A stretch of 62,944 nucleotides of DNA from positions 50,303,971 through 50,366,914 of the forward strand of contig JARDVH010000132.1 in assembly GCA_030324005.1 (NCBI GenBank), written 5' to 3'. A program made the translations under genes and the position numbers. Shown here in pieces: positions 33,736 through 46,457 of this stretch. Within the stretch, counting starts at the first letter, position 1. Each line of letters begins with the position of its first letter. Below the pieces are notes generated by a model. That model was not told the DNA's origin. It was given only the letters and a program-made list of their open reading frames with translations, and ran no database searches. The DNA comes from Negaprion brevirostris (taxonomy: Eukaryota).

Positions 33736-35994
33736 TTAGCAAAAGAACTGGAGATGTGATATTTGCAATTATTTTAGTAAAGGAGAAGTTGTTTATCTAT
33801 TTTTCCAGAATTAAGGAAAGCTTTGGCATTAAAAAGTATTGAATTTGCATTTCTTCCTTAGCACAGTTCATGTGTACCACCTTGTTATGAAGGTGGTGGA
33901 GTTTAATGAGATTTTTTGTTTTGAACTTCTGTGAATTCAGATGGGGCATAACCAGTAGGAAAGGCTGGTTAATGTTGGAGAAGCAGTGGAGAGACTGTGT
34001 CAGCTTTGGGTTTTATTTTGCTTTTGGCGCCTATTGAAGTTGAGAGAGAAAGCCAGGCCTACATCTAAAGTGGAATAAATGCTAGATCTATTGTCCAAAA
34101 CATAGCCCACAAGTGGGAGCTGGTATTCTTTCTAAGACAAAATTAGAAAGGGGGAAAATGTGATTGCAGATTTGTTTAGCTGGAAGCTAAAGAAATAAAT
34201 CTACAGTAATCCTCAGTGAAAATCAGTTAATATTATTGCAGTTGGAATTTTGGAAGTATTTAGCTTCATTGCAGTTTGAAGCCATAGCACAAGGTTATTG
34301 GAAGCCAACGGTGTTTTCTGGTGTTTTAAGCTGCTTCATGAGAGTTGCAGTTCGATTTGTGCTAGAGCTGTGGAGTCCAGATTTAAGAAGTTGGTAACAA
34401 AATTAGAGAGCACGTAGCCCAAAGCTAGTGGAAGGAGCCCCATGAAACCCTGTACCTTAGAGAATAGCTGGAACAAATGAAGAGATGTCAGATTAAATTC
34501 CAGAGAGCTGTGATTCACCTTTTGATTTGATACCAGGAAAAGTGAATGAGCCTTAAAATTTGAGTTCATAGCTTTGATCTTTACAAGTTCTGGTGGGCAA
34601 TACACGAGGTGGCAATTTACTTTGTTTAATTTGTTGGCTGCTTTTGCTGCCACCACAATTTCAGAGGCTACACTCTCACCACAAATGCAGTCGCAGTATC
34701 TGTGATGTCACTGCCAGCGACACTGCAGGTAGCTGCCTGTTTCAAAGAACAGTATTTTGGATGCTTACTGATTACCGTCCCATTCCCAACCCCATGCCAC
34801 CTCACTCCTTACCCTGTTTGTGGCCCTGCTCACCTCCAGCTTGTTGCTCCTTTTGTTGGCCCTGTTACTGCCCTGCTCCCAATCCTTGAGCCCTTGCTGT
34901 CTCACTCACTGGCCCGCTCCCTGCAGTGCAGCGAAGGCACGGTGAGCAGGAAACAGCAACAATGGTCTCACAACAATGATGCCAGTGATGCTGACTTGCT
35001 GTTCCCATACGTTGGCAGAAGATGCAGAATAATGCTTTTGATGTACAAAATTTGTTTTTATTAAAAATATGAAGTCTTGTCGCATAGTTCTGATCACCCA
35101 ACAGTTAATTTACAGATCTTTAAACTTCAATGGTTCCTAACAGAATCTAAATTGAATTCAATATAAAAAAATGTTGGACGCATTGATATTGTTGTTTAAT
35201 GCTGCAGACCTCTATTAATGTACTTTATAAATATCTGATTTGAACTGAGTATTTAATCATGTTTTAGAGTATGACTTTAAGTAAATTCTGTACTAATAGC
35301 ATACTCAATAATAGTTAATGTTAAAACAGTATGAAATGCTCAAAATACTGAGATGAAAGAGGAAGCATGTTTGAGCAAAAATTTCAGCTCTGCACTGGTC
35401 CTCTGGACTTAATAGTAAAGTTGATATAATTTTTAAAAGTAAAGCAAAATATAGCAAATTTTAATTTGAAAGCAAAAACACAAATATTCTTTATTTCCAG
35501 TAAAGATGATCCAGTATTACAACATATTTCATCTACATCTCTCAAATCAACATAGTCATATCATGATTCTGTTTGAAAAGTGCCATAGATTGGCACCATG
35601 AACCATGGCTGTTTTTACCAACTAACCTAAAAGTTCCCATCCCTTATTCTAATGCCAATTTTGAAACTGTAATTCCTCAACAGTACTAAGATGAATTGTG
35701 CTGTTCTATAGGACACAGTGCCTTAGCAGTAAAGGAGCTACAGTACTGATTTCCCAAGATCACTTGGGAATTGCAGTTAGTGTTTTGTACCAAATTGCTT
35801 TCATTACTTGGTGCAACACTTTCCCTAATTGCAGAATATTGCAACTGTGTTGAAAAGATCAGTGATTATATGTTGTGGCGTCCTTACTTACAGAACAGAT
35901 GTTAGCAAATTATTTTAACCAAAATAAGCTTGAATAATAATTGCAAAATATGTGAGAAACTAAACTGAATTCAATAAGATCAACTGTTTTCCAG

Positions 35995-36082
35995 ATGGTT
36001 AGCTTGCTACTATCCAGAGGTGCCAACATCAATGCCTTTGACAAGAAAGATCGACGTGCTATTCACTGGGCTGCTTATATGG
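35995..36082 (+). CDS. ANKRD28: ANKRD28 exon (88 nt): MVSLLLSRGANINAFDKKDRRAIHWAAYM-G
   Basis: Acceptor ctgttttccAG, donor G|GTATGA. In frame with neighbouring exons. Confidence 0.95.
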
Positions 36083-37300
36083 GTATGATATCACATTAAT
36101 GGTTTCAAGTTATGTTCATTAAGCTTTGACAAGTAGTCATTAGTTTGATTTTAAGCATTTGAAAGTTCCTTGTAGTTTGGGAAAAGGCTTTGAAATGTTG
36201 CTTTTGGGCAATTAGAAGAATTGTGTGTTTCAAAGGTGGGTCCAGCTGGATTGAGCGAGGAATTCATCTTCCGTGGGGCTGAGAGGAGTATCAACTGAGC
36301 TGTCTAAAGTGGGGTCTTTTTGGATAATGCTCCAAGTGAAATGTGATTTGTGCAGTCCAATTTATATGTTGCGTTTTTATTTTTATGCCCTATTAAAAAT
36401 GGTGATCAGTCAGTATTGTGACTCTACATGGGTTTTGAGAGTAATGAGATATCCCCAATAATCTTTATTCTCCCCCTCTGGTCAGTCCAAAGTAAATTTG
36501 AAATTTAAAATTGTCATCCCTTGAACTATGAAAATAAACAAAAACTCCATGTTCGCAAGCCAAAATCAAAGAGAAATCATAAATGAAAATGTATCACTTC
36601 AATACTTCCCTGGCCCTGCTCCCTCACTGGTCTCCAAATGCGCTTCAACATCTTGCTGACCCACATAAGTGATTTAAAAATAATTCCTCTGTACAGCACC
36701 ATATTAATGATGCATTCCACCTGAGAAAAAAAGGAATTCCACCTGTTAGAAAGAGGGAGAAGGAGCGCCACCGCTTCTCCCAATAAGGTAGCTTCCATCA
36801 ATTGCAACCTCTTTGTTCTTACTCTTCCTCAATGCTGTTTCCCACATACCTTCTGATCTTTCCCCATTTCTCCATTTCCTTATGCCTATTTCATCACTTC
36901 ATTGTTGGAGTGAGGGAGTGGCATGTAGTAAAGGTTGTTGCGGTGGTGCAGCGTTTAGTTTGAGGGGTTTAGAAATTATGCCATTCGGCAAACAGGAAAA
37001 GTTTGCCACTTGACCCAACTGGGTTAACAGTGAAAGCTTCACCTTTCATGGAGTGAGAGGGAAGCTCATTGAGTCAGTTACAGACAGTGAAAGGTGGGAG
37101 TTCAGAGCTCAGGTGGATTTGGTGTGGCAGTGCATGGTACAGGCTGAGGTCCAGGACAGTAAGCAGTAGTTCCTGAGTATGCAGATTAATTGTAGGACGA
37201 ATTTGTTGACAGTTAAGCAAATGAAATGAAAAGAGATCTGGAAGGGCTGGAATGTGCCAGTAAAATACATCAGGAATTTATACTTACCTAAACCTAATTA

Positions 37301-37603
37301 GGACAGCATGGTGGTGCACTGATTAGCACTGCAGCCCCATAGCGCCAGGTTCCTGGGTTTGATTCCCAACTTAGGTCACTGTCTATGCGGAGTTCTCGTT
37401 GTTTCTGCATGGGTTTCCTCTGGATGCTCCAATCTCCTTCAACAGTCCGAAAGACGTGCTGGGTAGGTTACATTGGCCATGCTAAAATCTCCCTTGGTGC
37501 ACCCGAACAGGTGCCAAAGTGTGGCGACTAGGGGATTTTCACAGTAGCTTCATTGCAGTGTTAATGTAAGCCTACTTGTGACTAATAAATTAACTTTAAC
37601 TTT
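37301..37603 (+). mobile_element. V-SINE with alternative (Rex-type) tail, full length
   Basis: tRNA head and V domain, then tail gtggcgactaggggattttcacagtagcttcattgcagtgttaatgtaagcctacttgtgactaataaa. Confidence 0.85.
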
Positions 37604-38013
37604 TGCTTTTACTTATTCTATACCAATACAGCTGCTGGCTCAATACAAGAAATTCAGAATTCTGCTGCTCCAAATGACACTTGATTGTCAGAGCCTTTAG
37701 CAATGTCGACTTAGCCTGAAGTTTTAAAATTAACTGTACCTCAACAATTATTTTAGTAACTAACATTACAATTAATATTGAGAGCATCCACAAGCATTAC
37801 TGGTATCTTAGATAAATATGGGTCCTTTAATGTATCCTCCAGTTGAATTAATATGACTTCAGTCTTGTGAAATCCCATTGTAGAATAGTTATTGAGATCT
37901 ACTGGGTGATTTTAATAGGTTTGATAATGCCAGATAGCAGTAGCAATTGTAGTATTAACCAAATGCAATAAGTCAGTGTTTGAATGTCATTTTTACCCTG
38001 CTGCTTTATGTAG

Positions 38014-38156
38014 GCCACATAGAGGTGATCAAGCTGTTGGTAGCACATGGAGCTGAAGTGACATGCAAGGATAAGAAAGCGTATACACCACTTCATGCTG
38101 CAGCTTCCAGTGGAATGCTGAGCGTAGTCAAGTACCTACTAGATCTTGGAGTTGAT
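38014..38156 (+). CDS. ANKRD28: ANKRD28 exon (143 nt): G-HIEVIKLLVAHGAEVTCKDKKAYTPLHAAASSGMLSVVKYLLDLGVD
   Basis: Acceptor ctttatgtAG, donor GAT|GTAAGT. Overlaps ORF 37980..38183. Confidence 0.96.
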
Positions 38157-38821
38157 GTAAGTGAATACCAGCGATCATTTTAATTGAGTGTTTGTGAAAA
38201 TGATCTGGTCGTATTTTCATCTGTCACTGTGTAGCACATTTATGGATTTGGTGTGCTATTAACATTTAACTTAATGCTTCACCACAGTTTATCCAAACTG
38301 CAAAAATATCTCCCTCATGAAATACTGGGCTTTTTAAAAATGGGCACTCACAATTATCCATGAACTTCATTTGAGTATTTGTAAGAACTAATATTACCTC
38401 AGTCCCCCTTTTTTGATTGAAATTTAAGCAGACTGATCTTCTTTTCACCTGCCTTTTGAAAATATAACAAGCACCAAGGTGTAACATTCTGTACTGAATA
38501 TTACCACTGGCAACTTTGCTAGATTTGTTCACTGTTCCATTTGGACTTTTTCCTATATATTTACTATATATATATGTGTGTGTTCATTATATATTTTCGT
38601 ACTTTGGGAACAAAATGTAAATTTGCATCCATAGAGCCCCCCAACCCCAATACTTTTTAGCCCAAAAATATCAGCTACACTTGGCTTCCTCACATTGTAT
38701 TTGTATGACAACATATGTTAATTTTCCAGAGTCCTTCCTCAACTAATTTGTTACATGTGAGAAATGACCTAACTCTTGATGTTAACTCAAATATAGTAAA
38801 TACATGTGCAAATGTGGACAA

Positions 38822-38965
38822 GATCAAAATACTGTGGATGCTGAAAATCTGAAGTAGAAACAGAAAATATTAAATACTGAGAGGCAGTGTGTGTGAAGCT
38901 GAAAGGTCATTAACTTGAAATGTTGACTCCTCTATCCACAGATGGACTTGGTCAGCTTCTGTATT
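38822..38965. mobile_element. Old Penelope-derived foldback repeat remnant
   Basis: aaaatactgtggatgctgaaaatctgaa...ctgaaaggtcattaacttgaaatgttgac...ccacagatg, homologous to 45268-45474. Confidence 0.5.
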
Positions 38966-39504
38966 ATGGCAGTAAAACATATATGAACTATAAATACTAA
39001 TATATTTTAAAAGTGGCTTAGTATTGTATTTTCTGATATTGTGTGGTATATGAATATGGTTTGCCTTGTATAGTTTCTTCTCTATGGAGATCTCAAATAA
39101 TCTGCAAACTTGTAGTTTGTTTTTTGTTTAGACATTTCTTTCTTTAACATAGTTGCATGGTTCCACAGACCAATTTCACCATTTCAATTTGTTCCCCATA
39201 TTTGTAGTGTGTAATTTAACAAATTAACATAGTGTTTGAAGTCTAGTTTCCGCAGGTCAGAAACAAAATATAAATGCATTTGTTAAATTATATTAACCTT
39301 ACCTTAGAAAGTAAGCAGATCATTGCACAGCATAATAAATTGCTACACAAAATTATGCTGATAGAAACGTTGGCATTAATTTTAAAACTATATGGATATT
39401 TCTCTGGACCTTTAGACTTGTTCTTGTAGAATTCTTGAATTTCATTAGCAATGCAAGTGTATTGAATGTGTAGTCTTGTGTATTTATGTTGTGTACTTCC
39501 ACAG

Positions 39505-39717
39505 ATTAATGAACCAAATGCATATGGAAATACTCCTCTCCATGTAGCCTGTTACAATGGGCAGGATGTAGTTGTGAATGAGCTCATTGACTGTGGAGCA
39601 AATGTCAACCAAGTGAATGAGAAAGGGTTCACCCCACTGCACTTTGCTGCTGCTTCAACACATGGTGCGCTGTGTTTAGAACTCTTGGTCAGTAATGGAG
39701 CAGAAGTGAACATTAAG
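39505..39717 (+). CDS. ANKRD28: ANKRD28 exon (213 nt, phase 0-0): [71 protein letters not shown]
   Basis: Acceptor cttccacAG, donor AAG|GTAAGG. Overlaps ORF 39466..39747. Confidence 0.96.
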
Positions 39718-40439
39718 GTAAGGGACAGATACATCCTCTGTCAGTAAATGAAAATAAAGTTCCCCAAATTTGTAATTTTGAGCATTGTTGATGTAAATGG
39801 ATTCTGTGAATATCTTACAAAAGCAGTAATGTGATGCAAAGATTTTTTTACTTTAGTTTTTGTTTTTGAATGTGTTCCATGGCAGATCAGATGTCTGTAA
39901 CTGTAAATGAGTTTGCCTCCATGTATCAGTATAAACATCTGTAAATGTTAAATGCACATTTTTAAGTCTTTAGTTTTCGTTGAGATTGTGACAAAAGGAC
40001 AGAAGTTTTTATCAGTTGGTAGCATATTTCATGATATCCTTTGAAACAGGCTAATCAATATGTGGTTTAATATGTTGTGTTCTGATAACTATTGGGCAGC
40101 AGTTAGGCCTCAGTTTTTGAATCGACAATGGGTCTGTCAAAAATTGAAAAGATCTACTCAATCTCTGTATCTTCCCCAAAAATGCCATCTCTATTCCACC
40201 TATCCTTTGCAACATCATTAAACACATCATCACCACGCAACTGTGTCCACTTCATCTGCCAGAGCTTACTTCAATCTGGGCTTTGACCCATGTACAAGAT
40301 AACATTTGTCAAGAAAGTTGCCAATATTGTTTGACTGCTGCAAAGGCTCAACATTTTGCCTTCACTTTGATGGTGTAGCAGTCTCACTGTGGTTCTGCCT
40401 TTCCTCTGTAGCATCATCTATTCTGCCTTTTCTACTTAC

Positions 40440-41250
40440 CCAAATGCAGCTGAGGTGTTAAGTTTTGGTAGGAAGAATAAGGAGGCCTACATACTGCTTG
40501 AAAAATAAGTCTAAATGGGATGGAGAACAAAATGGTCGATGAACATCCACAAATTATTTAATGTAGCATACTGGTTAATAAGGCCATTAACAAGGGGAAA
40601 ACAGCACTGGGATAGATAGATAGACAGTTTCTCTGCTTTCTATGTTAAATTTGTATCAGGCCTTGGTCAGATCATACTTGGAAGTATTGTTCGCAGTTCT
40701 GGTCTCAATATTATAAAAGTGATAGTGAGCTACTGGAATAAGTTCAGAAAAAGTTTAAATGGATGACGTAAGAACTGAAAGATTACAGTTATCAGGAAAG
40801 ACAACAGACTGGATCTCTTTATATAGAAGAGAAAAAACTGTGGAGAAGATGCTTGTACTTGTTTGATGAGGGTGAAAGACCAAAGTTAGGGGCAAATACA
40901 GGGCAGGGTAGGTGTAGGAGGATGCGGCAGCGCGGGCTCGTTGGGCCGAAGGGCCTGTTTCCCGTGCTGGGTTGTTCTTTGTTCTTTGTTCTTTAAATAA
41001 AGATAGTCACTAATAAATCTAGTTGGAAATTCTGGAAAAAATTCTTTATCCAGATGGTGAAAATAATGCAGAACTTTTATTACCAATGATTAATTGAGGC
41101 GAATAGCATAGATGCAGTTAAGGGGAGGCAAGACAAGCATGTGAAGCAAGGAATAGACAATGTGCTAACAACACGTTAAATGAAGAGAGTGAGATGGGGC
41201 TTATGAGGTGCATGGACCAGTTGAGGTGATTGACGTAAATTCTGTGTAGT
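40440..41250 (+). mobile_element. Decayed CR1 fragment with a nested SINE tail (~40885-40992)
   Basis: ttttggtaggaagaataagg and ttggaagtattgttcgcagttctggtc. Nested cgggctcgttgggccgaagggcctgtttc...(gttcttt)n. Confidence 0.65.
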
Positions 41251-43598
41251 TAGTGTTATCCCAAAAATAGATTCCACTTCAGTGTCCACACATTTACTTT
41301 TGCCATATTTTGAAATTCGGCCCATGACTCCCTCCTAGTTCTCAACTTTGAGCTCCCTATTAACAACACTAAGTTCCATCCAATTTAATTGTTGCATTAC
41401 TACCCTGAGCTGCATGATTAATGCTATTATAGATCATCAAGAACTTTCTCAAACAGGCAGCATCTGAGACTCTTGACTCCTTCCCTCATTCAAACTGAGA
41501 TCAACAGTGCATAGCTTGAGCTGAGTTTCAAATCCCATGCACCATCCATCTGTACGATGTCCATTTCTAAAGTGAGCAATAGAACCTATTGTGGAGCTTA
41601 TGGCTTCAAAGCTTGTATCTTTTGAGGCAGGCCCTAATTTAAAAGGAGAACTAGCGAATAAAAGTGACCCTCCTACTTTCTAAGGAAACTGAGATTGAAA
41701 ACCAAAGCTTCTGGTTGAAACTATATAGGACTCAGCTATCAGTGTTCCATGGACAATGAATCCAATGGCGTAATATAGGCTGGCTGAAGCAGACATAGGT
41801 TACATCCAGAAGCTGACCATTAGCAAAGATATGGTTGCTGCAGCTGTTTCTCTTACTTGGAGATAACATTAGTGGATCGATGCCATTCAGAATGGTGTCA
41901 ACAGAGTTAAGAAGTTTCTGCAGATGTTCGCCAGTTTTAGTGAAGACAATGTCCATGGAACTCAGGTTGATTGTTCACTGCTGTTGGCTGAGGATCACGT
42001 TAAATCCTGGAAGAGAAGCGGAAGTGCTTTGAAGAAGTCAGTTTTGAAGGACTTTGTGACTGAGACTGATGATGCATAAGCTGAATGGACTACTGAGCTA
42101 ATTCATAAGGTCTGTTTTAGTTGTATCTGCCATTTAATGTGTAATTTATAGATCTAATGGCAATATTGAAATCAGAATTGCAGAATTTTACTGAATAGTA
42201 AGAGACTGTTTGACACATAAAACCGATGCCAAATTTCTGAAAGAGTTACCCATTTAATTCCATTTCCCATTTACCCATGTAAATTAATCATTTTGAAATA
42301 TTTGTCCACTTACCCCATGAGTGCTAATATGGATTCTGCTTCCATCATTTTTTGTAAAGGGAATTCTACACCTGAGTAACTCTCAAATTTTTGCTAATTT
42401 TAATGTTTTTAGTTGCTTTATTGCCATTTAAATACTGACATACCAACTGGTGCAAATATTTTCCCTACTTATCTTATCAAAATCCCTTTGAACACTTATC
42501 AGTTCATTTCATAAGCTTCTGTTCTAAAATGCAGCTCAGTTTCTCTAGTCTTTTGTCCTAAAGCTGCTTGTTCTAGTAACCTTTTAGTTAGCTTTTTTGT
42601 GTATCCTCTGCACAGCTTTGAAAGAATTTCCAAAATAAGTGTTAAAAACTCGGCATCAGAGGGGTTCCCCAATCAGAATAATTTTGGTGGAAGATTGGCT
42701 TTGCTCCTTTACAGTAGCTAGATTTTGCTATTTTAGTAGTCTCAGCTCACAGATTGTATTGAAAATAGTGTTTTGTTGATGTAGCAAGTTTTGCTCTTTT
42801 GAGGCAGGATGGAGTTTAAATGTAGGAACAGCTGTATGAAAAATGCTTGGCATGAAGTAAATTAAATTCTACCAATGACACCTTCATTCATAGTTAAATG
42901 TATAAAGAAATTCTAGATCATAGTTTTGAAACCTTTTATTGACTTTATAAAATTCTGTTTATTCTTCTCAGACCATTATGAATATGCTGTTTCTCAATTC
43001 TTTAACTGCTTCTTTCTCTCCAAATAAATACTATTTATAACGAAGTCATTTAAATGCATAACATTTTTTAAAAAACATTTAAGTGGTTTTGTTGGTGAAA
43101 TCTAAATAGTAATTGTGCAAATAAATGCACAGGCTTTTTTTGAATAGATGGTGGGTGCTTCAGTGGAAGTGAAGGAAATAAAACAAAGTAACATGAATGT
43201 ACATCTGTTCATAGTAAAAAGCACCATGACCTGGAAATATAGGTCCCAATGGTGTGTAGTTTAATCTAGAAACATCTCATGTGGAATGACTGACCTACTT
43301 AAGGATTTCTTTTATGGATGAGTAGTTCACTGTACATTGAGCATCCTTGACCACTGAACACCATCCTTTTTGGTTAAATGGATACATTGCATGGATTGTT
43401 GATGGGCTAACTCTCTAGCATAACATTTTAAAAATATATATTTGTTTCTAAGCAGTGTAAAGAATTTTGATGTTGCTGTCACTATCTCTGGTAAATGGTT
43501 TTTAGAGATTTTTAGAATGGATGTTACAAGCCAATTATATATGTTGATATCCAGTGCTGTCCCAGCGATCACCTACATATGATTTAATTCTGTTTTAG

Positions 43599-43677
43599 AG
43601 TAAAGACGGGAAGACTCCATTGCACATGACAGCAATTCATGGCAGATTCTCAAGGTCACAGACCATCATTCAGAATG
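43599..43677 (+). CDS. ANKRD28: ANKRD28 exon (79 nt): SKDGKTPLHMTAIHGRFSRSQTIIQN-G
   Basis: Acceptor ttctgttttAG, donor G|GTAACT. The RFSRSQTII motif is ANKRD28-type. Confidence 0.95.
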
Positions 43678-44359
43678 GTAACTAGCCCATTCATTTAATT
43701 AGTTGTTAAATGCTTCAAAATATAGCTGTCTATATAATCTTTCTCTGCGTAAATTATTTTTTGTTAGGTATATAATCTTGGAGAAAATGTACGTACATGT
43801 ATTTGTGTCTTCAACCATTTGAGGGATAAACTGCCATTTAATACTTCTTAATTGGCTGAGAGGATTGTGAATCTTTTGTTTATCAAAATGTTACTCCATT
43901 TCAACCATCTGTGCAATATTTTAAAATAATAGTTGTATTTCAACGTTTCTTCAGAAATTAGGTTAAGCAAAATTTAAAATAGAAATTGTGATCCTGTCCT
44001 TCTGTGTTTACACAATCTTTTATGTCATCACTTGCAGTATTGAATAGAAGAATTTTAGAGTGAGGAAGTATAGATAGGCTGGAGGCTGTAAGCTGGGAAG
44101 TAATAGCAGAGGGTCTGAAGGTTCATTGCATACTATTCTGTATCAGGTAGTTGGGATTTGGGTCAGGGGCCCAGGAGAATGCCAAGTTGACTTAGTGTTA
44201 GCACAGGCACAGATTTGATAGGGAAGAGGGAGAGTCAAAGCTGAACAGAACAATTTGGGCCTTGGTAAAAGATAAACCAGAGCAGAGAAGCTGGGTTAAA
44301 TAGAGGGAAGGTTTGGGTCGTGCCGAGCAGAGGTTGCACAAATTAGAATAACAATAATA

Positions 44360-44500
44360 AGCGCTAGAAAAACTCAGCAGCTCACACAGACTCAAAGCAT
44401 TAATTCTATTTCACTCTCCCCGGATGCTGCCAGACCTGCTGAGTTTTTCCTGCATTTACTGTTTTAATTTTATATTTCCAGCATCCATAGTATTTTACTT
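44360..44500. mobile_element. Penelope-derived foldback repeat remnant
   Basis: gaaaaactcagcag ... ctgctgagtttttc inverted pair; gatgctgccagacctgctgag is shared with ~45395-45415. Confidence 0.6.
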
Positions 44501-44502
44501 GT

Positions 44503-44930
44503 GATTTGATTTATTATTGTCACACGTATTCATTAAACAGACTGTACAGACAGAGCATACCGTTCATAGAGAAGTAAAGGAGAGAGTGCAGAATATAGTA
44601 CTACAGTCATAGCTGTAGAGGTGTTGGTTGGCTTTCTTAACTATAGCATCAACATGGGAGGACCATGGTTGGTGATCTGGACACCAAAAAACCTGAAGCG
44701 CTCGACCATTTCTTCTTTGTCCCCATTGATGCAGACGAGCATATTCTCCACTAGTCGATGACTATTTCCTTTGTTGACATTGAGGGAGGAATTATTGTCG
44801 TTGCACCAGCTCAGCAGATTCTCTATCTCTTGCCTGTACTGTATCTCATCATTGTTTGATATCCGACCCACTACAGTGGTGCCATCAGCAAACTTGAAAA
44901 TCAAATTGGAGGGGAATTTGGTCGCACTGT
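44503..44930 (-). mobile_element. Rex1/Babar LINE fragment, internally deleted
   Basis: ORF 44641..44904 (FKFADGTTVVGRISNNDE). Same 3' tail as 7197. Confidence 0.82.
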
Positions 44931-45267
44931 CACTTTTATTTGAGAAATTTTTCTCAATAAAAGATTCCAGTTTAACTTTAATATATCCTCATACCCTGGA
45001 CATACATTGCAGTTTTGTTGCACTTACTGCAAAAAAAAAGGCATTAATTATAGCTGAATTTCTCCTTTACTGAAACTATATTATACACTGACATAACTGC
45101 ATGTTTTAACCTATGAAATAAATAGGAGTGTTTTTCTTTTGATTTCAAGATTATTCAGTTGCTGTTATTGTGCAGGTGCAATAAAAGACATGTTTTTATT
45201 GTGTTTAGTGTGAAAGCCACATATTTCCACACATAAGCTTGTTACTTCCTGGCGACCAAAACATGAG

Positions 45268-45474
45268 ATCAAAAGAGAAAATGCTGGAAAATCTCAGCGG
45301 GTCTGACAGCATTTGTAAGGAGAGAGAAAAGCTGGTATTTTGAGTCCAAATGGCCCTTTGTCAACGCTTGAAATGTCAGCTCTTTTCTCTCACAGATGCT
45401 GCCAGACCTGCTGAGATTTTCCAGCATTTTCTCTTTAGGTTTCAGATTCCAGCATCTGCAGTAATTTGCTTTTA
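45268..45474. mobile_element. Foldback (inverted terminal) Penelope-derived element with 13-bp TSD
   Basis: TSD accaaaacatgag at 45255-45267 and 45475-45487. Inverted arms ~45272-45316 and ~45392-45436. Confidence 0.8.
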
Positions 45475-46253
45475 ACCAAAACATGAGCTAGTGCACTAAG
45501 TAATCTGCAAAGTCACATTCTTTGGATAAATAATAAATATTTTATTAATAATTTATTAATAAGTTTATTAATAATATGTGCAATAGAAATGGCAACTAGA
45601 GTTTGCTGAATTTTAAATAAATACTGTCAGGCTTTATTTCATTTGTTACTGAACAATCTGATCTATTAAAAAAAGAAGCAAATGCATAAGATTCCTTGAG
45701 ACAAATCACAGGAGTGTTTGAAAACTGTTCAAAATAAATCTACTTGTATCTTATAACACGACAAAAGGAGAGCATATTGTGAAGTCCGATATTTAAATGT
45801 TTCCATTGGCCGTATATTTTTTTTAGCTGTCAAAGAATGCTTGAAACAGGTAATGGTTGTATTCATTCCTTACTTTGTGTTCTGGATGGAAATAAAGGAA
45901 AGTAAAAGCTAGAGTGAATATAATATCTTCCATGTGACATTTTCAGAGTGACAGATAGTGAGTTATGGGATAAAATTAGAATAGGTAATGGTAGATATGT
46001 CAAATACAGGAGGGCAAGGAAGTGGAGTTGGTGGGTTTACAGGGNNNNNNNNNNGCAGTTCTGGACAGCAAAACTGAAGTAGCTTAAATAATGGGTGGGA
46101 GTGGAAGGCATGAATGGTGAGGTAAATGTGGGTAAAAGTCAGAGGAGCAAAAGATGCGTGCAAAGGTGTGAGGCAGGGCTTGGTTCAAGAGGTAAGGAGG
46201 AGTGAAATTATGGAGGGGAGGAGTGGGGTGTAGGATTTAAAGACAAAGACCAT

Positions 46254-46457
46254 GTGTGGAATTCTCTGGTCATTCACGGTGGCAGGATTCTCCAGTCCCA
46301 CTGGCAGCACACCCCCTCCTGCAAGTTTCGCGCTGTGGCTGACATCAATCGGAAATCCCATTGACAGCGGCAAGACCAGAGAATCACATTGTCAGTGAAC
46401 AACACGCCACCTCTTGCCGCCAAGAAACACAAAGCTGGGAGGCTTGAGAATCCGCCC
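46254..46457. mobile_element. GC-rich MITE-like element (Harbinger-like)
   Basis: Imperfect TIRs gtgtggaattctc / gagaatccgccc with internal subterminal inverted motifs (gattctc...gagaatc). Confidence 0.55.

Noticed and set aside
45525-45580. Three tttattaataa repeats forming an AT palindrome
   Set aside because: Low-complexity AT slippage. No spacers, so not CRISPR-like, and the context is eukaryotic.
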